In this document: positions 16,910 through 26,161 of the stretch, piece after piece
Layout of the letters: each line of letters opens with the position of its first letter
Position numbering within the stretch: the first letter of the stretch is position 1
IMG/VR virus record: IMGVR_UViG_3300043357_000064
Location: 1-64,000 of that record
Length of the DNA: 64,000 nucleotides
Origin: a virus
Direction: 5' to 3' (one strand)
Position numbers and translations under genes: made by a program
The notes under the pieces: generated by a model
Databases searched by the model: none
Seen by the model: the letters and a program-made list of their open reading frames with translations, nothing else
Told to the model about the DNA's origin: nothing

Positions 16910-17773
16910 TTAGGCGCGCGGTCCGAGTGCAAGCATCGTCCGTACGGTCGCGACCTCGGCAGGTGTCGTGAACGTCGAGCCCGTCTGCGTCTCGTACTCC
17001 CACAGACAGACGTACTCAGCGCCCGACTGCTGGAATTTGCCCGCCCAGTAGGTCAGCCACGCCGCCCGGCCGGAGCCGTCAGCATCGTTCGTAAGCCGGT
17101 TGGCGCCGAACTCCGGCACGCCCCACGTCAAGCCGTGGGCCTTCGCGAACGCGACGACGGCCTTCAACGCGGCACTGTAGTCGTGGTAGGACGTGCCGCC
17201 GCTGATCCCGTCGAAGTCGACACCGAGATGGGTTACGCCCGGCACGAGATAGTCGGCCGGGTTCTGGCCACTCGCCGGGTCGAAGCAGTACGCGGTGAGG
17301 CAGACACCGAGACCGGGAAGGTTGAGGGCGGCGAGAACAGCCATGTCCTTCTGCCACTGCAGCAGAGTGATGGCGCCCTTCTTGACCTTCGAGTTGATCT
17401 CGTGCTGGTAGAACAGCCGCCAGTACGCACCGAAGTTGGCCGTCGAGCCCGGCATCGTCTTGAACGAGCCGATGACCTTCCGGTCGGTGACGGCCGGCGC
17501 GGCCAGCGCGGTCGAGCAGTACAGCCGGATCACCTCACCGGCCACACCGTAGTCAGCGTCCACGGCCGCGACACCTGCCGCAGTGCTCGCGGTGCGCGGC
17601 GTGTCGCCGAACAGTGTCTGTATCGACGTCGCCACGGCCGGAACCGGGGCTGGCGTCCACGTGTACGTCGCGTCTCCTACGGTCACGACCGGTGGAGCGA
17701 CGGTGACGACCGGATCCGGGATGACGATGGTGGACGTGGAGCCGTCCGGGTTGGTGTATGTCGTTGTGCTCAT
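16910..17773 (-). CDS. Glycoside-hydrolase-like (clan GH-A pattern) protein, last gene of the phage late strand
   Basis: 287 aa. FYQHEINS (acid/base-like HE) and LTWGVPEFG (nucleophile-like E). Same pattern as the 22489-23457 product. Confidence 0.45.
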   Translation of the reverse strand: MSTTTYTNPDGSTSTIVIPDPVVTVAPPVVTVGDATYTWTPAPVPAVATSIQTLFGDTPRTASTAAGVAAVDADYGVAGEVIRLYCSTALAAPAVTDRKVIGSFKTMPGSTANFGAYWRLFYQHEINSKVKKGAITLLQWQKDMAVLAALNLPGLGVCLTAYCFDPASGQNPADYLVPGVTHLGVDFDGISGGTSYHDYSAALKAVVAFAKAHGLTWGVPEFGANRLTNDADGSGRAAWLTYWAGKFQQSGAEYVCLWEYETQTGSTFTTPAEVATVRTMLALGPRA

Positions 17774-18210
17774 GCGCGACCGGCCACAATGCAGGTGACG
17801 GCCGTACGCTCGCCGATCTCAATCGACTCACCCGAGATGAGGGTTCCCTCGGACTTTGGGCCGTTCGCGCGCCGGTAGGTGACGGTCGGGTTGTGGCCCG
17901 GGTCGATGTTGGCAAGGTTCGAGATCTCGTCGTACGACACGATCGGCGACGCCATCGTCCGGGTCTCACCGTTCAGCGTGAACGTCGCCGGACCGACTCG
18001 ATGCGCCTCGACGGCCGCACGGACAAAACAGTCCTTGGCCTCGAGGAGCTTCCGCAGACCTGCGGACAACTCCGGACCGTCCGGCAGGGCTTCGATCATG
18101 GCGCTCGCCAGATCTCCACACGGCTTGCTGACGGCCGCGAGATGGTCCGGCAGGTGGCTTCTCGTGAAGTGGCCTGCGAGTTGCGTGGTTGATGGGTGCC
18201 GGTCGATCAT
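17770..18210 (-). CDS. Hypothetical two-domain protein (helical N-terminus, small beta-rich C-terminus)
   Basis: 146 aa with ATGA overlaps on both sides. C-terminus FTLNGETRTMASPIVSYDEISNLA...TVTYRRANGPKSEGTLISGESIEIGERTAV. Confidence 0.5.
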   Translation of the reverse strand: MIDRHPSTTQLAGHFTRSHLPDHLAAVSKPCGDLASAMIEALPDGPELSAGLRKLLEAKDCFVRAAVEAHRVGPATFTLNGETRTMASPIVSYDEISNLANIDPGHNPTVTYRRANGPKSEGTLISGESIEIGERTAVTCIVAGRA

Positions 18211-18410
18211 GCTGTCCGTCCTTCCAGGTTGATCGTGATCGACGACAGCGGAACCGTGTCGTCTCTGGTCTCAGACAGCCACGGTGTACGGGCGAAGAGT
18301 CCGCGACGGGCGAGCATGTCGGCGGTCATCCGCTCGCACATCTCGCCGCGCGATGGCTCGGCGAACTGGTAGCGAGGGCTGGGCTCCTCGGCGGCGGCTG
18401 CGGTGATCAC
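18207..18410 (-). CDS. Hypothetical small protein
   Basis: GTG at 18410 (GTGA overlap with the upstream stop). 67 aa. Confidence 0.35.
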   Translation of the reverse strand: MITAAAAEEPSPRYQFAEPSRGEMCERMTADMLARRGLFARTPWLSETRDDTVPLSSITINLEGRTA

Positions 18411-18706
18411 GACATGCTGCCCGGACGCTTCAGCAGATCGTCGGCGGTGGCCATCGTCTTCTGCGCGCTGACCGGCGGCAAGATCACCGGTGGACTCGAC
18501 TGGTGAGGTGCCAGCCATCCGCCGAGGAAGGCCAGGACCGGCGGTGCGGCGACCGTGAGCGCGAACTCGAACCATGCGTGTGGCGACTGCGGGATCACCG
18601 AACCGTTGAGCAGGGCGTTGATCGCTGCGACGACGATCGTCGCAGCGAGGGTGTAGAGACCGGCGGCCTTGACCTTCGCTTCGACGCGGGACCAGAACGA
18701 TTTCAC
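18407..18706 (-). CDS. Holin-like membrane protein (2 TM)
   Basis: GTG at 18706 (GTGA overlap). VKSFWSRVEAKVKAAGLYTLAATIVVAAINALL...FALTVAAPPVLAFLGGWL. Confidence 0.5.
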   Translation of the reverse strand: MKSFWSRVEAKVKAAGLYTLAATIVVAAINALLNGSVIPQSPHAWFEFALTVAAPPVLAFLGGWLAPHQSSPPVILPPVSAQKTMATADDLLKRPGSMS

Positions 18707-19044
18707 GGCGCATCCTCCGTTTCGACGGCGTTGACCGGCGGTTTGTGCTGCCGGTAGAGGCGCCACAGGATCCACAGACGCCAGCCCAAAACCCACGGCA
18801 CGCCCAAAAACACGACCAGCCGCAGCAGGGCGAACCAACCCGTGTCCAGTGACGCCCCGCCGATCGCCCGGATTACCGCCAGCCCGAACACGCCCGCGTC
18901 GACGGCGACGAACGCCATCACGTGGCGTCCCATCGGATCCCTGCGCCATATGCCACGGGAGGCCAGGTGGTAGCCGACGACGAACGTCAACGCCTCCAGT
19001 GCGGACATGCCGACCAGCAGCGTCCCGAGGAATACGACACTCAT
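18703..19044 (-). CDS. Holin-like membrane protein (about 4 TM)
   Basis: 113 aa, hydrophobic throughout, charged C-terminus. Confidence 0.55.
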   Translation of the reverse strand: MSVVFLGTLLVGMSALEALTFVVGYHLASRGIWRRDPMGRHVMAFVAVDAGVFGLAVIRAIGGASLDTGWFALLRLVVFLGVPWVLGWRLWILWRLYRQHKPPVNAVETEDAP

Positions 19045-19217
19045 CGACGGATCCCCATCGCACGCCGCAGTTCGTTGGCAAGCCGGTCAACGTCGGCGGA
19101 GCGTTGGATTGCGTCCATCAGCCGCTGATGGGCCTGCTCCCGGTCCTCGTGTGCAGCATGGCCGCCGCCCGGTTGTAGTACGACACGCCGGGGTTCCCGG
19201 CGCCGCCACGGCCACAT
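19041..19217 (-). CDS. Hypothetical small basic protein
   Basis: ATG at 19217 (ATGA overlap). 58 aa. Below the track cutoff from this start. Confidence 0.3.
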   Translation of the reverse strand: MWPWRRREPRRVVLQPGGGHAAHEDREQAHQRLMDAIQRSADVDRLANELRRAMGIRR

Positions 19218-19477
19218 CAGGATGCCGGCTTCGATCGGCGTAGTGCTTCGGTCAGTTCGGCCATCAACTTCAACAAATCGCCCTGGATGACGTCGGACCG
19301 TTGACGTTCCAGCGCCGCCGCGTCCTTGTGCAAGTCGGTGATCTGCTGCTGCTGGGTACGTACCAGCTCCAAAAGACTCCAAGGCACAATCCACTTCTTT
19401 GCGAACGCAGTGACAATCAGGACGACGAGGCTGCCGACAACACCCCACGGGCCGTAGGTGGCGACAAGCGGGCCCAC
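19217..19477 (-). CDS. Membrane-anchored coiled-coil protein (lysis cassette)
   Basis: 86 aa. N-terminal TM WGVVGSLVVLIVTAF, then QQQQITDLHKDAAALE. Confidence 0.5.
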   Translation of the reverse strand: MGPLVATYGPWGVVGSLVVLIVTAFAKKWIVPWSLLELVRTQQQQITDLHKDAAALERQRSDVIQGDLLKLMAELTEALRRSKPAS

Positions 19478-19483
19478 CGGTCG

Positions 19484-20503
19484 CTACTTCGCGGACAGCG
19501 CGGCGGCTTCGGCGGTCAGCGCATTCGCGAGCGCGTGCTCGAGGTCGACGATTCGCTGATTCGCGGCCGCGACCTGAGCCGCCAGAGTTGCGACGGCTGC
19601 GGACTCCTGGTCGCCGAGAGCCTTGATCTGAGCTGCCAGGGCGGCGAGTGCAGCTGCGTCGCCGGACGTGGATCCGGACGACAGGGCAAGTTGGATGGCG
19701 GCCTCGGTCTTGACGATCCCGGCCAGCGACGCGGCGTTCGCAACCGCCTGATCGCGGGCGGCTCTGGCGAAGTTACGGCCGTCCTGAACGGCGCCCTTCA
19801 TGCTCTCGCCGTCGTACGTCTTGGTCTGAACCCAGAGAAGGTCGCTGTCGGCTTGGGTCACGGGCATGGAGGTCCTCCACCAGATTGGTGCCGAAGTTTG
19901 GATGTGGCCGATGTCGATGTTGCCGCCGTAGGCGTTGACACCGTTGTGTTCCTGCCGCCAGAAGACATGCGGCCGGTCGTAACCCGCCTTGCCGTCCGGA
20001 TCCCACGAGTAGGCGGCGGTCGCGAAGATCCCGCCGATCAGGCCGTCGGCGTACAGCGCCTCGCCGACGTCGGGCTCGATGTACGCCCACGACAGGCAGG
20101 TGTCCGACTTCCAGCCGGTCGCATACTCACGCAGGGCGGGCAGGTCGGACGACGAGACGTTCGTGTCCATCGCCCACGTGATCATGCAGCTGTCGGGCAT
20201 GCCGAGCGACCGCCAGTAGGCACGGGAAGCCTTCGCGTCCGCAGCGCCACCGGAGCGGCCGGCGGACAGCGCACGAGCGGCAGTCGCCTCGAACAGGGCG
20301 GCGATACCGGTGTCCGGGCCCTGCGCGAACCAGGCTTCCGCCCGAGCACGCGTCAAGGTCTTCGGCGAGTTGGTGCCGCCGTAGGAGGACAGCACCCGGT
20401 AGCCGGCCTTGTAGGCCGTTGCGTCATCGGTGATCGGCTGGAAGGACTCATCGAAGTACGGGACTTCGGGCGTCGCGACTGGCCGCTTGACGGGGATAGG
20501 CAC
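19484..20503 (-). CDS. Endolysin candidate, DUF1906 (Rv2525c-like glycoside-hydrolase-like) domain + Ala-rich coiled coil
   Basis: 339 aa. YKAGYRVLSSYGG...LTRARAEAWFAQG...GAADAKASRAYWRSLGMP...ITWAMDTNV pattern. Sits immediately upstream of the holin-like genes. Confidence 0.6.
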   Translation of the reverse strand: MPIPVKRPVATPEVPYFDESFQPITDDATAYKAGYRVLSSYGGTNSPKTLTRARAEAWFAQGPDTGIAALFEATAARALSAGRSGGAADAKASRAYWRSLGMPDSCMITWAMDTNVSSSDLPALREYATGWKSDTCLSWAYIEPDVGEALYADGLIGGIFATAAYSWDPDGKAGYDRPHVFWRQEHNGVNAYGGNIDIGHIQTSAPIWWRTSMPVTQADSDLLWVQTKTYDGESMKGAVQDGRNFARAARDQAVANAASLAGIVKTEAAIQLALSSGSTSGDAAALAALAAQIKALGDQESAAVATLAAQVAAANQRIVDLEHALANALTAEAAALSAK

Positions 20504-21405
20504 TAGACCACCTGCCCGTTCTTCGCGGAGTAGATGGCGACCCGCCGGATGTTGCCGCCCTGCGCCACCGAGATGCCCGACTTGCCTGGGCTGCCTGCCG
20601 GGAGCGGCGCGGTCAGTGACGCCTGGACAATCCGGGCCGTCTTGCCGCCTGACGGTGCCGGGGTCGTCAGAGACGCCTGCGTGATCCGGGCGCGCAGCGG
20701 CGGGAGGGCTTGCGGCGCGGTCAGGTAGCCCTGGGTGATCCGGCCTTTGAGCGTCGCGGGCGTCGCGGGCTTGAGGGCGACGATGATCCAGGCGATCGCG
20801 TTCTCGGAGCCGGTGCTGATCGTCAGCGTGCGACTCGCGGCGACGGCGGCGAGGTCACGGTTGGCGATCCAGATCCCGTAGCAGTAGTCGAAGCCGCTAC
20901 CCGAACTTGACCCGTGCGCTAGCAGGCTCGCGTCGGAGCCGTCGGAGTTCGACAGTGACCGGGCGGCGGCGAACCCGTGCCGGCCGAGGCCGACGACCAG
21001 GGTCTGCGCACCTGCGGTCGCGACGGTCAGGGAGGGAGCCACCGATGTGACCGAGCTCGTCGAGTTGCCGGAGTTGCTGGCGTCCTCAGGCGTGGTGGTG
21101 TTGACACCCGACGTCGGGATGCAGGCGATGAACCCTTTGGTTGACCCTGACGGCGTGACCGTGAACGTTGAGCCTTCGCTGCCGTCGATAACCCGTCGGA
21201 AGCAGTACAGCTTCACGTTCGTGTCGCCGACTGCCGGTGACACCGACGTAAACCCGGCCGGTGTCGTCATCGTGACCGCGCCCGTGCCGCCGGCGAAGAT
21301 GTCGATCGTGTCGCCGATGGACACGGTCGGCTTCGAGACGACCATGCTCGAGGTGGACGTGTCGTAGTTGGTGACCGTCGCCGTACCGTGGCTGATCGCG
21401 GTCAT
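20503..21405 (-). CDS. Minor tail/fibre-like protein with three C-terminal 18-aa repeats
   Basis: 300 aa. Repeats (LKG/LRA/KTA)RI(T/V)Q(G/A)(Y/S)LT(A/T)P. N-terminus resembles that of the next gene. Confidence 0.5.
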   Translation of the reverse strand: MTAISHGTATVTNYDTSTSSMVVSKPTVSIGDTIDIFAGGTGAVTMTTPAGFTSVSPAVGDTNVKLYCFRRVIDGSEGSTFTVTPSGSTKGFIACIPTSGVNTTTPEDASNSGNSTSSVTSVAPSLTVATAGAQTLVVGLGRHGFAAARSLSNSDGSDASLLAHGSSSGSGFDYCYGIWIANRDLAAVAASRTLTISTGSENAIAWIIVALKPATPATLKGRITQGYLTAPQALPPLRARITQASLTTPAPSGGKTARIVQASLTAPLPAGSPGKSGISVAQGGNIRRVAIYSAKNGQVV

Positions 21406-21406
21406 G

Positions 21407-22474
21407 TCACGACACCGACGTGAGCGAGAACTTCAGCCTGAGGTTTGTCGCCGTGCCGGAGGTGAAGACGACGTTGGCCACGTTCGTCGGGTTGAGGGCG
21501 TGGATCTGCGAGTCGTTGTCGGCCGACTGGGTATGGTTCCAGGTCTCGATGCTGGTCGTGCCCTGGTAGAACGTGACCGCCCACACCGCGCCGACGGTCA
21601 GAGTCCCGAACGCGCCCGTGTAGTTGGCCGCCCATCCGCTCGTGGTTCCGGGATCGGACAATGTCGCTACGCCGACCTCGAAATAACCGGTCGCGGTCAT
21701 CTCGACGTAGTCCGACGGGTCGGCGCTTCCGGCCTCGTCAATGTTGGCGTACAGGTGAGTCGCGTCGGCGACGCCGGTGGCGCTTGTCGACGACACGTCC
21801 GACGTTGGCCGTACCGTCTGCGTCGTCACGATCGGCGTCAGCGCGACCGTGAAGACACCGACAGTGCCCGGCGTTGCATCTGTCGCCCACGCGTCGGCGC
21901 CGTAGTTGCCGGCCGAACCACCAGCCTTCGACGCGATCACCGAGTCGGTTTTTCCGGTGCCGCTCGACGGGACAGCGGACGCCCGCGTGGTGTAGCCGGA
22001 CGGCGGCGTGAAGTTGATCGGGTTGACCGAGTTCTTGTCGACGATCGCCGTCAGGATGTCGCAGCCGTCAACAGTCGTCGTTACGCTCGGCCCGGTCCAC
22101 GATGTGGTTCCCGACGTGTAGGCGACGAAGTTGGACACGTTTATCGGTGCCGTCGGATCGACGCCACGCCATGCGACCAACGACGCAGCCGTATGGATGC
22201 CTGCGGTTCCGGGTGCCACGGCGATCGCCGCGCCGATGTCGCTCGACGGCGAACCGGCCGAACCTGCGGCGACCTTCTTGTAAAGGGTCGCGGTCAAGCC
22301 GGTCGACGGGGTCTCGGTGCGGACCAGGTCCCAGCCGGCCGGTGTCGTGATCGACGTCGTTGCCGCCGACGCGACCATGACCAGAACATCCTGGCCTTGA
22401 ACACCGGTCGGAACCGTCAGGTTGACGGTCCCGGAGGTGGATCCGGCGGCCTGATTGACATAGCTTTCGGACAT
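21407..22474 (-). CDS. Minor tail/fibre-like protein
   Basis: 355 aa, Thr/Ser/Gly/Ala-rich. Shares a TTPAG(W/F) segment with the 20503-21405 product. Confidence 0.5.
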   Translation of the reverse strand: MSESYVNQAAGSTSGTVNLTVPTGVQGQDVLVMVASAATTSITTPAGWDLVRTETPSTGLTATLYKKVAAGSAGSPSSDIGAAIAVAPGTAGIHTAASLVAWRGVDPTAPINVSNFVAYTSGTTSWTGPSVTTTVDGCDILTAIVDKNSVNPINFTPPSGYTTRASAVPSSGTGKTDSVIASKAGGSAGNYGADAWATDATPGTVGVFTVALTPIVTTQTVRPTSDVSSTSATGVADATHLYANIDEAGSADPSDYVEMTATGYFEVGVATLSDPGTTSGWAANYTGAFGTLTVGAVWAVTFYQGTTSIETWNHTQSADNDSQIHALNPTNVANVVFTSGTATNLRLKFSLTSVS

Positions 22475-22488
22475 GCCGGGCCGCCTCT

Positions 22489-23457
22489 CTAAAGCACGAA
22501 CGTCGTGTACGGCAGGTAGTGGGCTGTGCTGATGGCTGCCGATGCCGTGACCAAGGCGCTGTTACCGCTCGGGGTGGGCGTGACGCCGCCGACGTTGATG
22601 TCGAACCACGTCAGGAATGCCGCCGAGTTGGCGTGATGGCCCGCGCCGTGAGTGGCCGCATAGGTGGCCTGCGTGCCCATCCACGTCGCGCCGGCCGAGA
22701 AGTCGGTGACGGCGCTGCCCATGCCGATCTCGGCAATGGCCCAGCCGACACCTTTCGCCGCGGCGTACGCGACGACCGGGGCGAAATAGTAGGCGCCGGT
22801 GTGCTGCGTATTGCTCTCCATGTACTGGTCGACGGAGATAACATCGACCAGGCCGGAGCCCGGCCACAGCGTGTCCATGGTCACGGCCGTCCCGCCGAGG
22901 AACGTCCAGTTGCTTACGCACAGATGCGTGTACATGTGCGGCTTGCCGACCTCGCGGACAAGCTCACAAAACCGCGTGAACGCCGGGATGAACAGTTCCG
23001 GGGTCATGGGTCCGCTGCCCGTTTGGCTGGCCTTGCGCATCTTGACGTCGGCTTCGTGCCAGATCGTCACCCAGCCGATGTGCGAATCCGGCCACGCCTG
23101 CAGCCACGCCCGAACAGGAGCGTCGAGGGCGCCGGAGGCCATGTCAGCCAGGTTCGGCTTGGCCGAGAAGACCGAAGCCCGCTTGCCGATGTCCGGCCCG
23201 CACGCGTCGAGCTGCGGCGTCGCCGCGAACATGCCCGAGTTGTAGGAGCGGGTCACACTCCACGGGCCTGCTGTCGCCTGGATCGCGTCGTAGGCAGTCT
23301 GGCCGCGTGAGACGGATGCGCCGACAAGGAGCCCGGTACCGCCCGGTGTTGGCGGCGCTGGCGGGGCGACCGTTGCCCCCGCCGGTGCGATCGGGGTACC
23401 ACCGTCGAGCGGATACAGCAGGCCGTGCTTGTAGGTGTAGACGCGTACGCCCGCCAT
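22489..23457 (-). CDS. Tail-associated glycoside hydrolase (clan GH-A pattern)
   Basis: 322 aa. TIWHEADV (acid/base-like) and GWAIAEIGMG (nucleophile-like). Confidence 0.55.
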   Translation of the reverse strand: MAGVRVYTYKHGLLYPLDGGTPIAPAGATVAPPAPPTPGGTGLLVGASVSRGQTAYDAIQATAGPWSVTRSYNSGMFAATPQLDACGPDIGKRASVFSAKPNLADMASGALDAPVRAWLQAWPDSHIGWVTIWHEADVKMRKASQTGSGPMTPELFIPAFTRFCELVREVGKPHMYTHLCVSNWTFLGGTAVTMDTLWPGSGLVDVISVDQYMESNTQHTGAYYFAPVVAYAAAKGVGWAIAEIGMGSAVTDFSAGATWMGTQATYAATHGAGHHANSAAFLTWFDINVGGVTPTPSGNSALVTASAAISTAHYLPYTTFVL

Positions 23458-23999
23458 CAGGGCGCCGTATCGAAGTAGAGGTCACCGGTGACGAGACCAC
23501 CCGTACCGGCTGAAGGCGTGTCGTCGCCGACCCAGCCGACGATCCGGGAACCGGCGTTGCCGGGACGGGCCGGATAGGTGCCGGTGACTTCGATGTTCAT
23601 GACCATCATGAGGGCGCACAGATCGAGGAGGTTCGCGACCTGGTTTTCCAGGGCTTCGATGCGGGTCTCGTGATCGTTGACGTCGTTGCCGAGATCGGTT
23701 GCAACGATGTGCAGCCGTCCGCCGGCGCCGCCGTCGATCCACATGTCGCGGATGCCGTCGGGGCCGAAGAACTCCTCGACGGTTCCGGCGATATAACCGT
23801 CGGATCCGTCCGAGGCCGTCACAAAGGTGATCGGCTCCAGGCCGCCGGAGTCGAGCGCGAGATCGGTGTACTGGGTGCCGCTGGACGCCTGGTTCCACAA
23901 CGTGAAGGTCGCGGAGGCTGCGAGTTGGGGCGTCAAGCCGTCGATCGCGACCGTGAATGCCCAGTCCGCCGCAGTTAGGCCGAAAGAGTGGCGGGCCAT
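23457..23999 (-). CDS. Minor tail protein
   Basis: ATG at 23999 (MARHSFG) inside track ORF 23457-24503. The upstream part of that ORF is an Arg/His-rich shadow. Confidence 0.5.
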   Translation of the reverse strand: MARHSFGLTAADWAFTVAIDGLTPQLAASATFTLWNQASSGTQYTDLALDSGGLEPITFVTASDGSDGYIAGTVEEFFGPDGIRDMWIDGGAGGRLHIVATDLGNDVNDHETRIEALENQVANLLDLCALMMVMNIEVTGTYPARPGNAGSRIVGWVGDDTPSAGTGGLVTGDLYFDTAP

Positions 24000-24001
24000 G
24001 G

Positions 24002-24985
24002 TCAGCCCCCGATCGCGTAAGCGGGAATGCTCGGGATGACGATTGCGCCGGTCAGGAGTTTCGCGCCGGGGACGAGGACGACCTTGGAGCTGATCGTGAC
24101 CGTGTCGACCAGGTTGTAGGCGACGATCGTGATTGCCCCGGACGTCTCCACATGGCCGCGGATGACACTGCCGGGGAGTGCGGTGTCGCCGCTGACGAAT
24201 CCGGTCCAGTGCATGAACCGGGACGGCGCGAAACCTGCCGGAAGCGTCGCGATCGTCTCCACCGTGTTCGGGGCCAGAGCGGCGCCGGTGCGGATAACCT
24301 CTAGCCGGATCTCGACGATGCCGTTGACGCGACGTGCGGTGTCGACGGAGAGACTCCACCCGGACGTGGACGTCAGGGCGACGTAGCCGGTGTCTTCGTT
24401 CGGGTTGATCCAGTTCGCACCGTCCGACGTGTACGAGTTGGTGGTGTCCGTCTCGTAGATGTCGAGACCGACGGCGTGCGGCGGCCGGGTCGTCGAGGTG
24501 CACACGATCTTCTGTGGTGCGACGAAGTAGGCGAGTTGCTTGACGTCGGTCGACGCGATGGTCGTCGCACTGTGGACGACGGTCACCTGAGCGAGCGCGA
24601 TCTGGTAGACGCCGGTCGTACCGGTGTTCGTCGTCAGGGACGGCGGACCTGATCCGGGCGTTCCGGTGACGACGATGACGTTGGCGATCAGCGTGGCCCG
24701 GTCGAACTGGGCGACGATGAGGTCGTAGCGGGTCGCGCCCGAGTTTGAGGCGATCGCGTACGTCGTGTCGGTGCTACCCGACCAGGCGAGTTGGCCGCGG
24801 ATCAGCACGAACTTCCCGGCACGCGACTTGACCTGCCGGCCGGACGAGTCGCCGTAGATGAGCGTCGAATCCGACGGCTTCCCGATGACACCTGACGGCG
24901 TGTACGGGGCGACGAGTTGTTCGAGTTCGATGTCGGTGACGGCGCCGGAGTTGTGGTTCGAGTTCGGCCAGTTGGACCAGGCCAT
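24002..24985 (-). CDS. Minor tail protein
   Basis: 327-aa ORF in the tail-tip region. Confidence 0.5.
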   Translation of the reverse strand: MAWSNWPNSNHNSGAVTDIELEQLVAPYTPSGVIGKPSDSTLIYGDSSGRQVKSRAGKFVLIRGQLAWSGSTDTTYAIASNSGATRYDLIVAQFDRATLIANVIVVTGTPGSGPPSLTTNTGTTGVYQIALAQVTVVHSATTIASTDVKQLAYFVAPQKIVCTSTTRPPHAVGLDIYETDTTNSYTSDGANWINPNEDTGYVALTSTSGWSLSVDTARRVNGIVEIRLEVIRTGAALAPNTVETIATLPAGFAPSRFMHWTGFVSGDTALPGSVIRGHVETSGAITIVAYNLVDTVTISSKVVLVPGAKLLTGAIVIPSIPAYAIGG

Positions 24986-24988
24986 GGG

Positions 24989-26155
24989 TCAACTCCTCTC
25001 GAGCGGGTCGATGCGGGCGCCGAGACTTCGGAGTTCGCGGAGGATGCGGGAATCTTTGATCGCCGCGTCGGTGCCGATCAGCGGTGTGAGAACCTCGCCG
25101 GTCGTCGGATCAGCGGTCAGGGTGACGGCACGTACGACCGCCGAGATGTCGAAGCCCGGCCAGACTTCGACCGTGACCTGATCGCCGAGGGCGTAGTTGA
25201 CGCCGTATTGGTTGACGTCGGTGTCGATCGCCGAGAACGTGACCTGGGCCGATTCGGCGCCGTCGGCGAGGGCTTGGTCTCCGGCCTGATCCATGACCGT
25301 CGTGTCCGCCGTGGATCCCTGGTTGATCCACTTGACGATCCGGCCGTACCTCGTCACGGCCGAACTGTTAACACGCTCCCGGATGGTGCGGCTTGATCCG
25401 GTGCCGTCGCCGCCGACGATCGCGACCGTGCACGTCGGTGCCTGCGGCGCGTATTTGAGCATCTGCAGGTTCGACAGACCGCGGCTGAACCGGATCGACG
25501 CCGTGAGATCCGACGGCTGGTAGACGACGAACTCGATCCCTGCGGTGCTCTGCACGGTTCGGAAACCGAGACCGCCGCCTGCGATAGCCGCACGGCGCAA
25601 CGCGTCGCCGAGCGGGTCGAACCGTCCCGTGAAGTTGATGCTGGTGCCGACCGACGCCAGCCCGCCGAGGACGAGTTGCGGCACCCGCCGGGCGGCGATC
25701 GCACCCGGGCCGACGTTGAGGTTGACGAGGTCGCGGAGGACGACTTCCGCGTTTGTCGCGGTCAGCACATAGTTCGCGGTCGTCTGCCCGGTCGCGGCGT
25801 GGGCCACATCCGGGTAGACGACCTCGTTGGCGATCCAGGCGAAGTCGTCGGCGAAGTTGACGGTGAGTAGCCCGGGTTCGGACTGGTCGCCGCTGCCACC
25901 GCTGCCGGACTGCTGGGTCCAGTCGAAGCCACCCTGAACGATCGGGCCACCCATGAAGTACCGGTCGTCGCGGTAGACGACGAGGCGTGCCCGGTCGATC
26001 CCCAGTTGTTCGCGGATCGCGGCAGTAGCCGGCATCGTCACGGTGCCGGTGCCGACCGTGTTGAAACTCGGTGTCGCGACGACGCTTGTCCAGCCCGATA
26101 TCTGGTCGCCGACCGGGATCAGGTTGCCGTCGGTGACCAGAAGCTTGATTGCCAT
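24989..26155 (-). CDS. Tail tip protein (siphovirus Gp37-like guess)
   Basis: 388 aa. Position right after the distal tail protein. Confidence 0.5.
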   Translation of the reverse strand: MAIKLLVTDGNLIPVGDQISGWTSVVATPSFNTVGTGTVTMPATAAIREQLGIDRARLVVYRDDRYFMGGPIVQGGFDWTQQSGSGGSGDQSEPGLLTVNFADDFAWIANEVVYPDVAHAATGQTTANYVLTATNAEVVLRDLVNLNVGPGAIAARRVPQLVLGGLASVGTSINFTGRFDPLGDALRRAAIAGGGLGFRTVQSTAGIEFVVYQPSDLTASIRFSRGLSNLQMLKYAPQAPTCTVAIVGGDGTGSSRTIRERVNSSAVTRYGRIVKWINQGSTADTTVMDQAGDQALADGAESAQVTFSAIDTDVNQYGVNYALGDQVTVEVWPGFDISAVVRAVTLTADPTTGEVLTPLIGTDAAIKDSRILRELRSLGARIDPLERS

Positions 26156-26161
26156 CGGCGG

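Noticed and set aside
16646-17878. 410-aa plus-strand ORF.
   Set aside because: It is antisense to the hydrolase-like gene 16910-17773, crosses the terminator hairpin and is Arg-rich. It does not fit the convergent gene organisation.
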